Source: Azolla caroliniana (lineage: Eukaryota > Plantae > Polypodiophyta). Taken from it: a DNA stretch of 64,000 nucleotides. The notes beneath the pieces are model-generated. The model made no database searches, was not told where the DNA came from, and worked only from the letters and a program-made list of their open reading frames with translations. Shown here one piece after another: positions 12,532 to 25,943 of this stretch; the stretch's first letter is position 1, and every line of letters begins with the position of its first letter. A program made the translations under genes and the position numbers. Location of the stretch: the NCBI GenBank assembly GCA_043228905.1, contig JBHGNT010000015.1, positions 13,702,001 through 13,766,000 of the forward strand, given 5' to 3'.

Positions 12532-15500
12532 ATGGCCATTGTTAGCGCTCAAGAATATCAATCCGTTTTCTCAGAGTTGCAATGCTTGAAAGAGAAGTTT
12601 CTCACATTAGAACAAGAAAATGAACAGTTGTTGGGGAATCTTCAACAAATCTCCTTAGAAAAGCAGCAGACACAACAACATCATGGGGAACTAGCGTTAC
12701 GCGTGCAACAACTTAAAGCAACCATTGTAGCATTGCAACAACAAGGACCAAGTACGCAAGGGATTCATAAAGAACCCAAGGTCAACCTTCCTATGAAATT
12801 CGATGGAACATGGTCACAGTTTAGAGGATTCCTTAATTAGGTATGATTAGTCATTCAAATGCATCATTCTTGATATCCCACTGATGCATCACGAGTGGGT
12901 CTAGTAGGCACGTTGTTAAATGGCTCAGCTTTGGCATGGTTCACTCCGTTGTTAGAAAAGGAATTTCCATTACTAAACAATTTTCAAGAGTTTATAAGCG
13001 AGTTTAAAGCTTGTTTTGGAGATACTGATAGCATAAGGATGGCAATCAACAAAATCTGCCGATTACGTCAAGGTGATTGTCCAGCCTCCGCATACGCTGT
13101 AGATTTCCGTTTACTCGCCTTTGATATCCCCTGGGATGACCAAGCATTAATGGAGCATTTTTGTTATGGCCTACGTAACGATGTCAAGGATTTACTCTTG
13201 ACTTTCCCCGAAGAACCAAATGTTGAATATGGGCTTCTAATGGACGTATTCACATCGTCTCCTTTTGTACACACTAGGCTTAGGCTATTTATGTAAATAG
13301 TGAGAAGGGCAATTGCCCTAAGTCAGTCGGTATATATAAACTGACTTTGTAAACTAGTTAGTACTTGTTGCTTTAAGTTGAAATATACTCTTGACATTGT
13401 GCCCAACTGTCTCTCTCTCTTGTGTACTAGTTGTATTGTTTGTCTTTGCTGCCATCAAAGTTACGATCTTGCATCCTTTCTCAATCTTATCCTAGAAGAG
13501 TGTTGATCTTGTTCCGCATTAGATGACGGTAATCACAACACCAAAATTGTCATTGATAGAAGCAATCAGTCGCGTGGTATGATGCGATAACCGCCTCTTT
13601 AAAAGACGTTTGGAACATCAACTCCAAATGCCGAGGACAAGATCGGAGCCCACCTACGCTTCAGTTGTAGCAAAGCCATTCCCAAGGGAGTCATTTAATG
13701 TGTCTCCAACAAATACTCCTCAAGTGGACCGGGGCATATTGCAATGAACTGTCCCCATCGGCCAAGAAGACAGGTAAATCAAATAATCGTTAGTACTAAT
13801 AGTACTAAACCTAAGTCTATTTCTTTAGGCGTGTCTGATAGTCCTAATAGCCCAAGCCTTTCAAACAAATTTTAAATCCTTAGTCAACTAGAAGAAGAGT
13901 TAAATGATTAAGTCCAACCAAAATAGGAGTCGTTTGGTTAGACAACCCTAGATCTGTGCATCCCATTAGTGGTTCCATTTCCTCTAAGCAAGTTAGCAAT
14001 GTGTTCTTAGCTCAAGTAATGGTTAGTACTAAAAGTACTCCTCTAGTACATGTCTTAGCACTCTTAGATTCCGGAGCCAACTCTTGCTTCATGGATAGGA
14101 ATTTTGCCCAAGCTCATCAAATATCCCTAAGAAAACTTTCTTGCCCAACATCTATAGTAGTTATTGATGGTCGTCCCATTGCTTCCAGAAAAATTGTAGA
14201 AGAGTCAGAGCCGATTCATGTTGTCCTAGATAACTTGGTGTATATAGTATCATTTAATATAATTAGTAGTCCAGATCATTCAATTTTCTTGGGGTTACCA
14301 TGGTTCGAATTACATAACCCAGACATAGATTGGAGAACAAGAGAAATCCGGTATCGACAAACCCGAGGATCTACTCATAGGATTGCAACCATTTCGCTAC
14401 ATCAATTGCGTGTGGAAGGATGAAAGGAAGCAATGTTTGTCTTCATAGTATTAGTAAAACCTTCCAACACCACTAAAGTGGAGTCCACATTTCAACTTCC
14501 AAAGAAGTATCGTCATTATGCCGATGTGTTCGATAAGTTACAAGCCAATACGCTTTCTCACCACCGACCGTATGATTGCCCCATTGATTTACAACCAGGA
14601 AAAGAGCCACCATGGGGAATGATCTACATTTTGTCACCAACTGAGCTAGAAGTCCTTCGAGCCTATATAGAGGGGAATTTGGCAAACGGTTTCATTCGAC
14701 ATTCAAAATCTCCAGCCAGCGCACCCATATTCTTTGTCAAGAAAAAGGATGGATCACTTCGTCTCGTTGTAGATTACCGTGGCTTGAATAAGGTCACCAT
14801 CACAAATAGGTATGCACTGCCCCTTATCTCAAGTCTTTTAGAACAGATCAATGGTGCAAGGTTCTTCACAAAGATTGACTTACGAGGACCATATAACCTC
14901 GTACGGATCCGACCAGGAGATGAATGGAAGACCGTGTTTCACACCAGATATGGGCACTTCATGTATACGGTCATGCCATTCGGTCTGACTAACGCGCCAG
15001 CAGTCTTCCAACACATGGCAAATGATATATTCCGAGATCTCTTGGATGTTTGTTTGATCATCTATTTGGATGATCTACTGGTTTATTCAAAGACCCAAGA
15101 AGAGCATGATTCTCATGTACTATTAGTACTAAAACGACTTCGAGAACATGGTCTTTATGCAAAACTAGAAAAATGTAGTTTCGAGTGTAGCCAAGTGGAA
15201 TTTCTAGGCTATGTCATCTCCTCGGAAGGCATCTCTATGGATCGAGCTAAGGTTAAAACTGTGGTAGAGTGGCAGACTCCACGTTCGTTGCGAGATGTGC
15301 AATGCTTTTTAGGTTTCGCCAATTTCTACCGCAAGTTTATACAGGATTACTCAAAGCTTATTCTACCTCTCACACAGCTTACCAAGAAGGGGCAGTCGTT
15401 TGTTTGGTCTAAAGAAGCAGACATGGCTTTTGTGAGTCTTAAGAAGGCATTTACATCAGCTCTTATTCTAGCTCATGTTGATCCGAAAAAACCGTTCATC

Positions 15501-16944
15501 ATTGAGGCCGATGCGTCGGATTTCGGCTTGGGTAGCATTTTGTCACAACAAGGGGATGATGAAAAGCTACATCCGGTGGCTTTCCACTCACACAAGTTTG
15601 ACGCCACCGAAATCAACTACAAAATTCATGGCAAGGAGCTATTAGCAATAGTGGACTCTTTTACACAATGGAAGCATTTTCTAGAGGGATCTTCTCATCA
15701 AGTCACCGTATTCATTGATCATAAAAGTCTTGCCTACTTCTAGAATGCTCGTGTACTAAATCGATGTCAAGCTCGGTACGCCCAATTCCTCACTAGTTTC
15801 GACTTCAAAATTACATATCGCCCTAGGAAGCTGCAAGGAAAGACAGATGCATTATCACGGCATTCGTATCTTGCGACGATCATTCTAGTGGCCCCATATG
15901 CGACGATTTCTCGAAGACTATGTTCGGACATGTGATACATGTTGCAAAGCAAAGATGCCAAGACATCATCCGTATGGTTTATTGGAACCATTACCAATTC
16001 CAAGCAAGCCGTGGCAATCCATTTCTCTAGATTTCATCCCAAATCTTCCAGTTTCAAAGGGATTCAATGCTATCTTAACAGTAGTAGATCGATATACGAA
16101 CATGCCACATTTTCTGCCTTGTACTAAGGAAATCACTAGTGAAGAAACCGTTGAAACTGTCATGCGAGAGGTATGTCGGCATCATGGCCTCCCCGATAGC
16201 ATCATCAGCAACCGTGGACCCCAATTCATCTCGAAATTCTGGAAGCATCTCTTCAAAATGCTCAATGTCACTTGTAATCTCTCCTCCGGCTATCACCCGC
16301 AAACAAATGGACAAGCAGAACGAATGAATCAAACGTTGGAATAGTATCTTCGGTGTTTTCTAAGCTATCAACAAGATGATTGGGCGGATATTATCCACTT
16401 TGCCGAATTTGCGTATAATAACTCTGTCCACTCATCGACTAGGGTTACACCATTTTATTCTTATACGAGCTATCATCCCCAGTGGTGTGTATTCGAAACT
16501 CCGGAGTTACCCACAAATCCTTGTGCAGAGGATCGTTTTGAGCGGCTACACAAGATACAGGCAGACTTATCTACTCATTTACAACAAGCTCAACAAACAC
16601 AGAAGGAGTATGCGGATCGTCATTGGCTTCCATCCAGATTTAACATTGGAGATCGGGTATGGCTATTACAACGACACATCAAGACTACTCGCCCATGCGA
16701 TAAATTGGACTATCGGCGATTAGGTTCTTTCCGTATTATCGGAAAAATTAATTATGTCATTTTTCGTCTCAATCTAACTCCAGAACTACAGATACATCCG
16801 GTTTTTCATAGTTCTCTTCTCGAACCATATCACGACAACACTATTCCGAATTGTATTACACTACCTCCACCCTCGATCGAGCTTGAAGCTGGACCAGAAT
16901 ACAAAGTTGTTGTTATCCTCGATTCCAAGATTGTTCGCAACAAG
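12532..16944 (+). pseudogene. chromovirus gag-pol, disrupted
   Basis: ORFs 12532-12840, 12895-13220, 13956-14423 (PR), 14433-15743 (RT/RH), 15898-16344 (INT). Chromodomain start EYKVVVILDSK; its second half GYSPSERTWEPVEN lies at ~43213-43362. Internal deletion near 15875. Confidence 0.92.
13221..13540. mobile_element. Solo LTR (320 bp), TSD CCAAA
   Basis: tgttg...caaca ends. ccaaa at 13216-13220 and 13541-13545. Interrupts gag. Confidence 0.9.
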
Positions 16945-19900
16945 TGTTGTCCGCCGGAATAGTAGCCGACCGACAAGAGCACAGTAATATAGAATAGAGT
17001 AATATTGTAACGCATGTAAACGGTTCACGCGGGAAGCGTGAACGGCTAAAGGATCCTACGTATATAAAGGGCAGAAAACCTCTAAGAGAGGTAGCGTGTA
17101 ATTTTGAATGTAAAAGGCGTATTTCAATAGAGTTCTATCTTCTCTGATTCTTGTGCATATCTGTGGTTAATCTACTGTGTGTTTGTGATTCTTGGGTGGC
17201 GTAGCGCAGTCGTAAGAGTGTAGGCGTGAGTAACAGTGTGGTTGCTAGTCCACTGTCTAAGGATTTCGGTTGTAGCCGTCTACCTTATACGCTACTAGGA
17301 TACGGGAGGTATCCCACTAAGTCTTACGCTACGACGATACCATTCGTTGCAACACAATCACTTTGAGGTCTAGGTCGAAGGACTGACCGTAGACCGTGTT
17401 CCTAATCGGTAACACTTTTGGCACGCTTGGTGATCTGTGTCTTCTCACAGACGAACAGCAACGAATGGATGTTTAGCCACAGATGCCCCAAAGAACCAAC
17501 ACGACAAGACTGACCAATCACAAGGTCCATCACATGCCACGCAGAGGAACGCGCACGGCAAAAGCCTCGCCTCAGTGACCTCAGTGATACCGGTCAGGAC
17601 CACAAAGACGATTTCTCGCTCCCCAAATACCTCGGCGATACGTAGGAAGCGCGCTCACCACAAAAGCATTGTGGTCTTTCCCTGCCCGTCGTAGCATCTA
17701 GCATGGCCTTTGCTTATCCCCACTTCAACGGCGAAACCGACGCCACAACCCACATCCGACTGTTCCTCAATGTCTGGAATGCAAACCACATGGCGCAGAG
17801 CCTTTCCGAAGCAGTAGCGCACCAGTCCAAAATGACGGAGTTCGGATTAATCTTGGATGGGAGAGCGGCGTTTTGGCATTTGCAGATGGATCTGCCAGCA
17901 ATCACGACCTTCGACCAGCTGCAGTCAGCCTTTCTGCGGTTTTTTCATCGAAGGGTGCCGCAACGCAAAATCCTCGGGCAGTTTTACACAATTAAACAGT
18001 TGCCGACCGAGACGGTAGCGGATTTCAGATTACGCTTCCAAAATCTACGGCGGAAATTAGAACGGGGCCCGACGGAGGACAAGGCTAGGGAGACATTTCT
18101 GGCAGCATTACGACGACCCATACGGACAATGCTCAACAACAATAGTGTGAAACGGGAAACAGCCGATATGGTCATAGAAAGAGCGCTACAACTTGAGCCG
18201 GACAAAGAAGAGGAAAGGTTTTCCATGTCCTCATTACGACAAGCGTTACCTCAAGACAAGGAACGACATTTTCGCCAAGCGATCCAGTGCACGATTTTTC
18301 TTGACTTCGGGGCATTCCGCAGTTGAATGCAACATGCGAATCCACTATCCAATCTATCACTCGAAAGCTCACACAGTTGAGCAGTGCGAGTACAATATGT
18401 TGAACAGATCCACGCCCATAGTACGCAAGGTGGAAACATAGCGTCCCCCACGCCGTAATGAACAAAGGCGGCAAGAAGAACGACCACGGTATATGGATCA
18501 GAACCCACGCGATGATCGGCACAACCGGAATCACCGGAATCATAACAATTCCGAGGAAGACGAATCGGAGGATGAACACTACTGTGGCAACCCCAGAAAT
18601 ACTAAAGGGGGTCGACGCTATGAGAATTACCGTCCGACGAACAAACGTGGCGGCTTCAATGGGCCTCGCGGAAAGCATCGTCAGTATCGGGACCAACGGC
18701 GGTACAACGAAAGTCTGGACGATGACCGGCACAAGGAACCGCGTCGGGATCAACAGCAACCACCGCGTACACTCCGAAGAATGAATCAAGACCGGGAGGA
18801 GCAAGTCATGCCTGGGGATCAGCACACACCACCAAGGGCCGAGAAGGGTGAATCTAGCATCCATTGTTTTGTTTGTCAACAGCCCGGACATTATGCCACA
18901 CAATGCCCAGTACGCAAGGGCAAGGGGCCCGTCATCAATACAATTACGGCGGAAGTACAGCAAGTCACGACACGTCAACAAACAAAAAATGTTGATTGGG
19001 TCGCGCAAGATGAGATACGGCAGACAGCCCGAGCATGGGTTGAAAAAGCAAACACGACAAATACGGAACGCATGCGGAAGGAGTCCGCAAACACGGTGGA
19101 ACTATTGGAGGAAGAGGGACCATCTCCAGATCCCATATCGCAAGCACTGACAGGCTGCAAGATAACGTTAACCATGGAGAAGCTACTGCAACTAGTCCCA
19201 CAATTCCGCCAGGCCATGGAAGAGCGGATGACGGGCAGACCTGGGGTAAGCGTCGCCGTGAATTTTACGAACATTAGTACCGGACCAACAGTGGTGGATC
19301 ACCACAATCCGTCTATTAAGTTGATACTACACGGTCAGGAAATCCTAGGATGCATAATCGATGGCGGCTCGGGCGTTAATGTAATTAGCGCGAAGACATG
19401 CGAACAATTGGGAATTTCAGAATAGGAAGCTTGCCCGTTTTGGCTTCGCATGGCGGATACCCGTTCAGTACAACCATTGGGTTTGATACGCAAGGTAGGC
19501 ATTATCGTGGGAGGACATCGCTTTGACATCTTGTCAATAGTCCTCGCCCTTGACGCCCCAGGAGTGTATCCTATGCTGCTTGGCAAACCGTGGCTTCGTT
19601 CAGCGAATATCAAGCAGAGCTCGCAACACAAGTGTATCAACTTTCGACGCGGACGCACCAAGGTCCACGTACCAATAGAGGAAATGGCGGCACAACCCAA
19701 GGGCATGACACCATTATACACGGAGGATATAAATATGTTGGCTGGGGTGGATGATACAAAATTAGAGGTATACCTAGACGAGCACCCTCGGATTATTCCA
19801 CTATTTGAAATTGACATCATCGAAACCGCGGCGGAATATGCCACGCCCGCTACACTCCACAACAAGGCTTACGAACCAAACCCAGAGTCAATATTAGAAC

Positions 19901-21564
19901 TAAGCAAAGCACGGGCAGCGTTCGAGAGGGAAATGGAAATTTCACGGTGAGTCATCGCCTCAGCCCTGGAAGAAGTAAACGTGGGTATGGCGTCAGAACC
20001 CCGATTCCTCTCCATCGCAAAAGAATTACTGCCGGATCAGAGAGACGCGATGATAGCACTACTCAGGAAGTATAAAGATGTATTCGCTTGGGCCCACGAG
20101 GACATGAAGGGGTTAGATCCGAAGTTCTATCAACATAAGATCAATTTAGCAACCAACGCAAAACCGGTCCAGCAGCGTCAATACCGTACGAATGGAAAAG
20201 ACTTTCCCGGATCGATGGCTCATGGAAATGACCTACTTCCTAACCACAGGGTTACCATCACCCCAATTACGGACGGACGAGAAAAAATGGTTCGACGTAC
20301 GAAGTCGAAATTTCTGTTTAGTGAAAGACATACTATACCACAAGGGTAGTGACGGCATCTAGAGATGCGGAATATGGCAGGATGAGAAGGCCGCGGTTCT
20401 ACGCGAATCCCATTGTGGTACGGCGGGAGGACATTACGCGGGCGTGTTACAGCCCGGAAAATTTGGCAAGCAAGACTTTGGTGGCCGACGATGCAAGTGG
20501 AAGGATTGCACATTCCACTTGTAGAATCTTCTTGAAACTATCCAAATACACCCTCTCTACAAAAATTGGATGCACTAGTATCACATGTTCCACAACTTGA
20601 TTAGAATTTGCAAATATAAAAATACATGATAGGTCAATGAGTGGAGATCATTAGAAATCATGCAAGTTTGGACGTGTTGATAAGTTAATGTAGGCATAAT
20701 AAAGTTCAACAATGGCTCAATATGTCACTAAGGTGCGACATGGGAAACACTAAGTTAAAGACTTATATTAATTTGGTAAGTTTTACAAAAATACGAGGTG
20801 TACTTGTAACCATACTAATAAAATGAGTTATAATTTATACTTTGACCCATACGTGCATGTATATAATTGTGGACAATGTAGGATAGTGCACTTCAGGATA
20901 ATGTGATTGGAATAATTAACTTATTAAAGTATTCAATACTTGTATTTAAAGTTTATCTCATCTATTCCTCAATTTGTTTATATGGGATCAAACCATATGT
21001 ATATAATTGTGGACAATGTAAGACAGTGAACTTTAGGATAATGTGGTGGAAATAACAAACCTATTAAGGCTTTCATACTTGTATTTAAAATTGATCTACT
21101 CTATTGCTTAGGTGATTCACACGGGATCAAACTCGGAACGATAACGCTAGTGGAACTACAAGCGTATAAAAACATGCGGATAACGCTAGTGGAACCATTA
21201 TCAACACACTACACAATCTAAGTAGCAATGGAATAGAAACATAATAGTTTTAACAATAGAAGACAAAGATCCATAATAACAACAAGGACATTCATAGCAA
21301 CAATTCTACGACCATGTTATGTTAAGGTAAACTTGGACCAAAATCAGCCTCAATTTAAACTAATTCATGTTTCTCCATAAATTTGGTAGTCAGCAATGCA
21401 CGCGGTGAAACCAATGTCATAAGTCTACTAACCAAGTATATAAAAATAAAATTGAAACATATCGAAGATTATAAAGAATAGAATCCACCAAGTAAAACCC
21501 AAAATTTGTATTAACAATGTGAAATCCAAACAAATCGTCGATGTCATTTTCTTCAAAGAGTCTA

Positions 21565-24500
21565 TTACATAGCAATCAAATCGTCAATGTCATTTTCTAC
21601 ATCATCATGTATAGAAGTCTCTTCGACTATACGTGCATTGGCTTCCCCTGTTAGCCGAGCCAATCAAATATCTTCTATAAGATCATCATCAAGCTCTATT
21701 AGCTCCCTCGGTTCCCTGGCTAATGGAGGAATAGGCTCTCGCGAAGCAGATTGAAACCTTTCTGTATCAGCGAGGTTCTTTGCACCGACCTCCTCGTCCT
21801 AGTCTGGGCACTCCCACAAAGCCTTAATCCACATGTTTATAAATATAACTTGCTCCTCATCCTTCTCCAATGCAACTGTGTTTCTAAAGAGCTTCAATGC
21901 ACATGTAGATGTCATTCCTGTGAAGAAAGTAACAAGAAGAATGAGTTCTCAAACAAAAAAGATTCGGTATTCGTTATCTCAAGATCGTTACCCTAGTTCG
22001 AGGAATACCTGTGCCAAAAAAGAGGTCTAATATCCAGTCTCCTTCGATAGAAAACATCTCGATCAAGCGCATCATAAGTCGTTGAGGTTTTTGGTATGGG
22101 TTAACAAGTCCCCATTCTGTCGTGGTGACATGTCGCAATTTCCGTGTCACTGTTGGATATACTAGCATATTTGAACCTCCCACTTCATTAGAATGCTCCT
22201 TGATTCTTTGTTTCTTAATTTCATCAAAGTAGCCAACCGTGATGTATCCAATCGCATTAACGAACCGAAAGGTTGGCCCTCTATTTACATTGGTTTTTAT
22301 CCTATAAAAAATATTACATCGAGTTAAGAATAGATTGAACACTCTTAAGAAAGGCAATATAGTGAATGAGACCTATAAATAATCCTTACCATGCAAGGTT
22401 CTCGATGCCATGGCAACAAGATCTCAAAGCTTGAGCTACCGAGTACCCTTGGTCCATACTATGAAAGACAACTATTCTCCACAAGGATGCAATCGTTAGC
22501 TCAGCAAAATCCTTGACCATCTTCTCCAACTGTTTAAACCTAAACGGTTCATCGTCCCTGCCATTCGAAATCTGTAAGGAATATCCTCCATTTCGTACGC
22601 CTTGACTAAGCAATGATCCTTTTCTTTTCTGGCTCTCTCGAGATGTGCAAGGAAGGATGTCGGGAAATCGTGTATATCCTTAACTTCTCCTTGTTTCTTG
22701 CCACGACACGGTTTCTAATAGAAGCAATAGGACATCAAGTATTATTATACAAGCTCTACATATGAGGAAACCTTAATGAAAAACCACCAATACTAACCCA
22801 ATCCTTGAATGCAATAAAATACTACGATAACGCCTTATATGAAGATGTTAGAGGATAATCCTTGGTCACTTGTTCCCAAGTTATACATCCAAGTTGTTTC
22901 ATCATAACTTCTTGGAACTTCATGTACACCTTATGACTGTGAAATTAGAAAACGAGATTAGAACTTTCAATTGCACCATATAGACTTCAATATCAGTATT
23001 TGAAAGACTTACTTATTGAACTCAGTGACCATTTCTTCAAGGCTTAATACTTTGGCCACAACCCTTGACAAAAAAGACACAAGAAGTTGCTCGTCCTTAA
23101 TACCTTGCATCGCTCTCCACAGAGACAGCTTCATGTCGTTAGCCGCTTCTTCGATTGTCAAGTCAATTTTCTTGGCTGCTTGTGACTTTAATTCTAGTTG
23201 AGGGTCAACCTTACATTTCTTTTGTCATTGACCCTTGACCTCCTTATTCTCCCACATTGAGAAGATTTGATCCTATAGGTCCCATACTTCTCCATCTCTA
23301 AATGCCAGTTGAAACCAAGACTAATATTTTCGAAAACCATCAGACTTAACATTATCATCTACTATAATGCCGACTTCATGCAAGCATTGACGTCGTAGGC
23401 CAAGATGTAGCTTCACACCAAACTTTTGTTTGACGTCCAAATACTCATGGTGGAAGAACCTTATACGCTCAATCAACGACATTTTTTGCCTATAATCATT
23501 ATCGTTATTGTGGTCCCATGCCAACAGCTTTGCCTCTTCAGTTGTGAGACCCACGTAAATTTTGCACTCGGCATAGTTGAAGAAGAAAGTCGTTGGATGT
23601 TCTTTGACAAGTTGCCAACGTGCCTCCACCGAATGCGATCCACCAATGACAAAGTAATTATATTGATCATGCTTTCTTATATCAAAATCTTCAATGGTTT
23701 CACATTCTTCAAGATCCACCATAACAATAAACGGCACAACGGTAGCATGTGGATTAATTTTGATTTTTTTCTTGAGATTTTGAACATGCATTCGGTGTGG
23801 CTCTCTAATCTCAAGTGGTCTTCATCTTGTTTTGTCATCAATAGGGGGATGATGGATGTGTGTTATAGGCAAATTAAACACTTGCCCTTTCCTTATCAGT
23901 TTCCGCTGCATTAACTCTCTCCGTATCTTATTCTACTCGGATGACAACACACCCGATGCCAACTCAGCTCCTGGCATCCCCTTAGTGTCCTCATCTTCAT
24001 TTTCACTTGATGATTCACTCCGACATTTTGGTGGTCTTCTTTTTTGGTGGTCTTGATTGTACTTTAGATGCCCTTTTTGTGGCCTTCACTAGGGAGGGCA
24101 ATGGCTCCCTTAGAGTTACATGGCCTTGTATATAAGGCCTCAAGGTAACAATAAGGTTTTGTGAGCTTTCTAGATCTTTTTTGAAAGCTTCTGGCCCACA
24201 AGCTTCTAAAGGAACACTTTACGTACCCCCTTAGAGCACTCTATCACTACAAGTATGTTGGTCGAATCTGCATCTTCGTAGTCAAATCGTAGAATACAGC
24301 CATACATAAATGGGGTTTCATTTTCAAGTTGCCCCTTGCCCTTCTTCTTTGTTGTATACAATATGACTTTTCTCTTGGAGTCGACGTATTTCATACACCA
24401 TTCCTTGTTCGTTAGATCACGATCGGGAAGGTCTTCACCACCAGTAGCTGCTAATAGTTTCGTTTGGCTAACCTCAATGGGCGGTTGAGATTTTGTCTCC

Positions 24501-25808
24501 TCGTTGAAGAGAAGCTTTTTTCCTCTCTTCATGTTCTCAGGAGTTATTAGGGTTTGTGTTTCAATTGGAGAACCCTGTATGCGGAGCTTTATCTTCTTCA
24601 CAGGTCGGTTCAACAAGTTCTCAAACGACCTATTTAAGAAAGGACATGTGAAAACATAAGTTAGGTGGTCACGTAGATTAAGGTTGTATATTAAAATACA
24701 AATAATTAGATGAAGACATAAACTAGCAAGAGATTTGTGGTAAACTATAAATATCAATCATGCATTGAGTGAACATGGTAGTCCTTTATTCAGAAATCCA
24801 TTCTAGTAAGGGCTATTCAACTTAGAAAATATATATCTTAATAAGTATACAAGGATATATATTGTCTTGAAGGGTAGGTATGGCTTATATTGATTCCATA
24901 TCCATATTCTAGAGAATTTGCATATGATAGACTTGAATTTGGTATCGTAAAGGTAATTTGTGGGTTATTTTCTACTAGTTTAAGCTATACTAGGTCATAA
25001 AACCTCTATAATTAAGGCCCCTATTTGTTACAAAATAAGGCAAATCACCCTAAAAAATGACTGATTTTGACAGAAAGTTTGATATCTTTTCACAGAATAC
25101 TAAATTGTTGCCCCAAAGACACAATATTCCTCTTTAAAGTTCTTGTTTTATACAGGAACTCGATACGCCGTATCGTGTTCCTGTATATAGTTCGTGTCTA
25201 TACATGAAATCGATGCAGGGTATCGAGTTCATGTATCAAACACATACTTTACACAGGAACTTTATACAACAACTCGATACGCCGTATCGAGTCCATGTAT
25301 AAAACACAAACATAATATAGGAGCTCGATACGTTGTATCGAGTTCCTCTGTAAAAGAGTTACATAACACAGGAACTCGATATGGTGTATCGAGTTCCTAT
25401 TTAAAACGCACACTATATATAGGAAAATACAAACTATGTACAGGAATTCGATACGCCGTAACGAGTTCCTGTGTTATGTTTGTGTTTTATACAGGAACTC
25501 GATACATTGTATCGAGCTCCTCTTTAAAACAACAACTTTAAATAGGAACTCGATACGTCGTATCGAGTTCCTCTATAAAACACAAACATTATACAGGAAC
25601 TCGATACGGCGTATCGAGTTCCTATTTAAAACGCAAACCTAATACAGGAACTCGATACGGCGTATCGAGTTCCTCTTTAAAACAAAAACTTTAAATAGGA
25701 ACTCGATACGCCGTATCGAGTTCCTGAGTGCTAAAACATATTTACAAAAATGGCCACAGTGTCAGAGGCTTACCTGGAGTCCTAGTGCTCGATTTTCTTT
25801 GAAGACAT
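21565..25808 (-). pseudogene. Spliced gene: ParB/Sulfiredoxin-like domain + beta-class N4-cytosine/N6-adenine DNA methyltransferase (decayed copy)
   Basis: Six exons joined by phase-consistent GT-AG introns (25773-24630, 23012-22937, 22797-22715, 22389-22302, 22008-21918). ParB-like REPHRMHVQNLKKKI..VPFIVMVD..YFVIGGSHSVEAR..GLTTEEAKLLAWDHN. MTase motifs DIPY (22574-22585), AW|IKTN, NPYQKPQRLMMRLIEMFSIEGDWILDLFFGTG|MTSTCALKLFRNTVALEKD. Several premature stops and at least one frameshift. Confidence 0.82.
25150..25728. repeat. Array of 11 palindromic units (aggaactcgatacg-N-cgtatcgagttcct), ~51-bp period
   Basis: Cores begin near 25152, 25201, 25265, 25317, 25368, 25440, 25491, 25542, 25593, 25644 and 25695, separated by ~18-bp AT-rich linkers. 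Confidence 0.95.
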
Positions 25809-25934
25809 GGTTGATATTTGTCAATTTTTAGGCGGGGATCTCGCTTTCGTGCTTCGTGCTCTGTGTGCTCTGTTCGCTCTGTTTGCTCTGTGTGCTCTTG
25901 TGTTTTGCGTGACTGAAATATGACGAGGTCTTCC

Positions 25935-25943
25935 TATTTATAG
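25935..25943 (-). promoter_or_regulatory. Putative TATA box of the ParB-MTase gene
   Basis: cctataaatagg on the minus strand, ~130 bp upstream of the ATG at 25808. Confidence 0.5.

Noticed and set aside
25194-25642. ORFs of 115 and 68 aa over the palindrome array
   Set aside because: They are translations of the repeat, with no independent coding evidence.
25150-25728. CRISPR array
   Set aside because: Linkers are only ~18 bp, AT-rich and similar to each other. There are no cas genes, and the array lies in a spliceosomal intron of a eukaryotic transposon.
21565-25808. Bacterial contamination or a restriction-modification operon
   Set aside because: The gene has phase-consistent GT-AG introns, sits inside nested plant retroelements, and has no partner nuclease gene.
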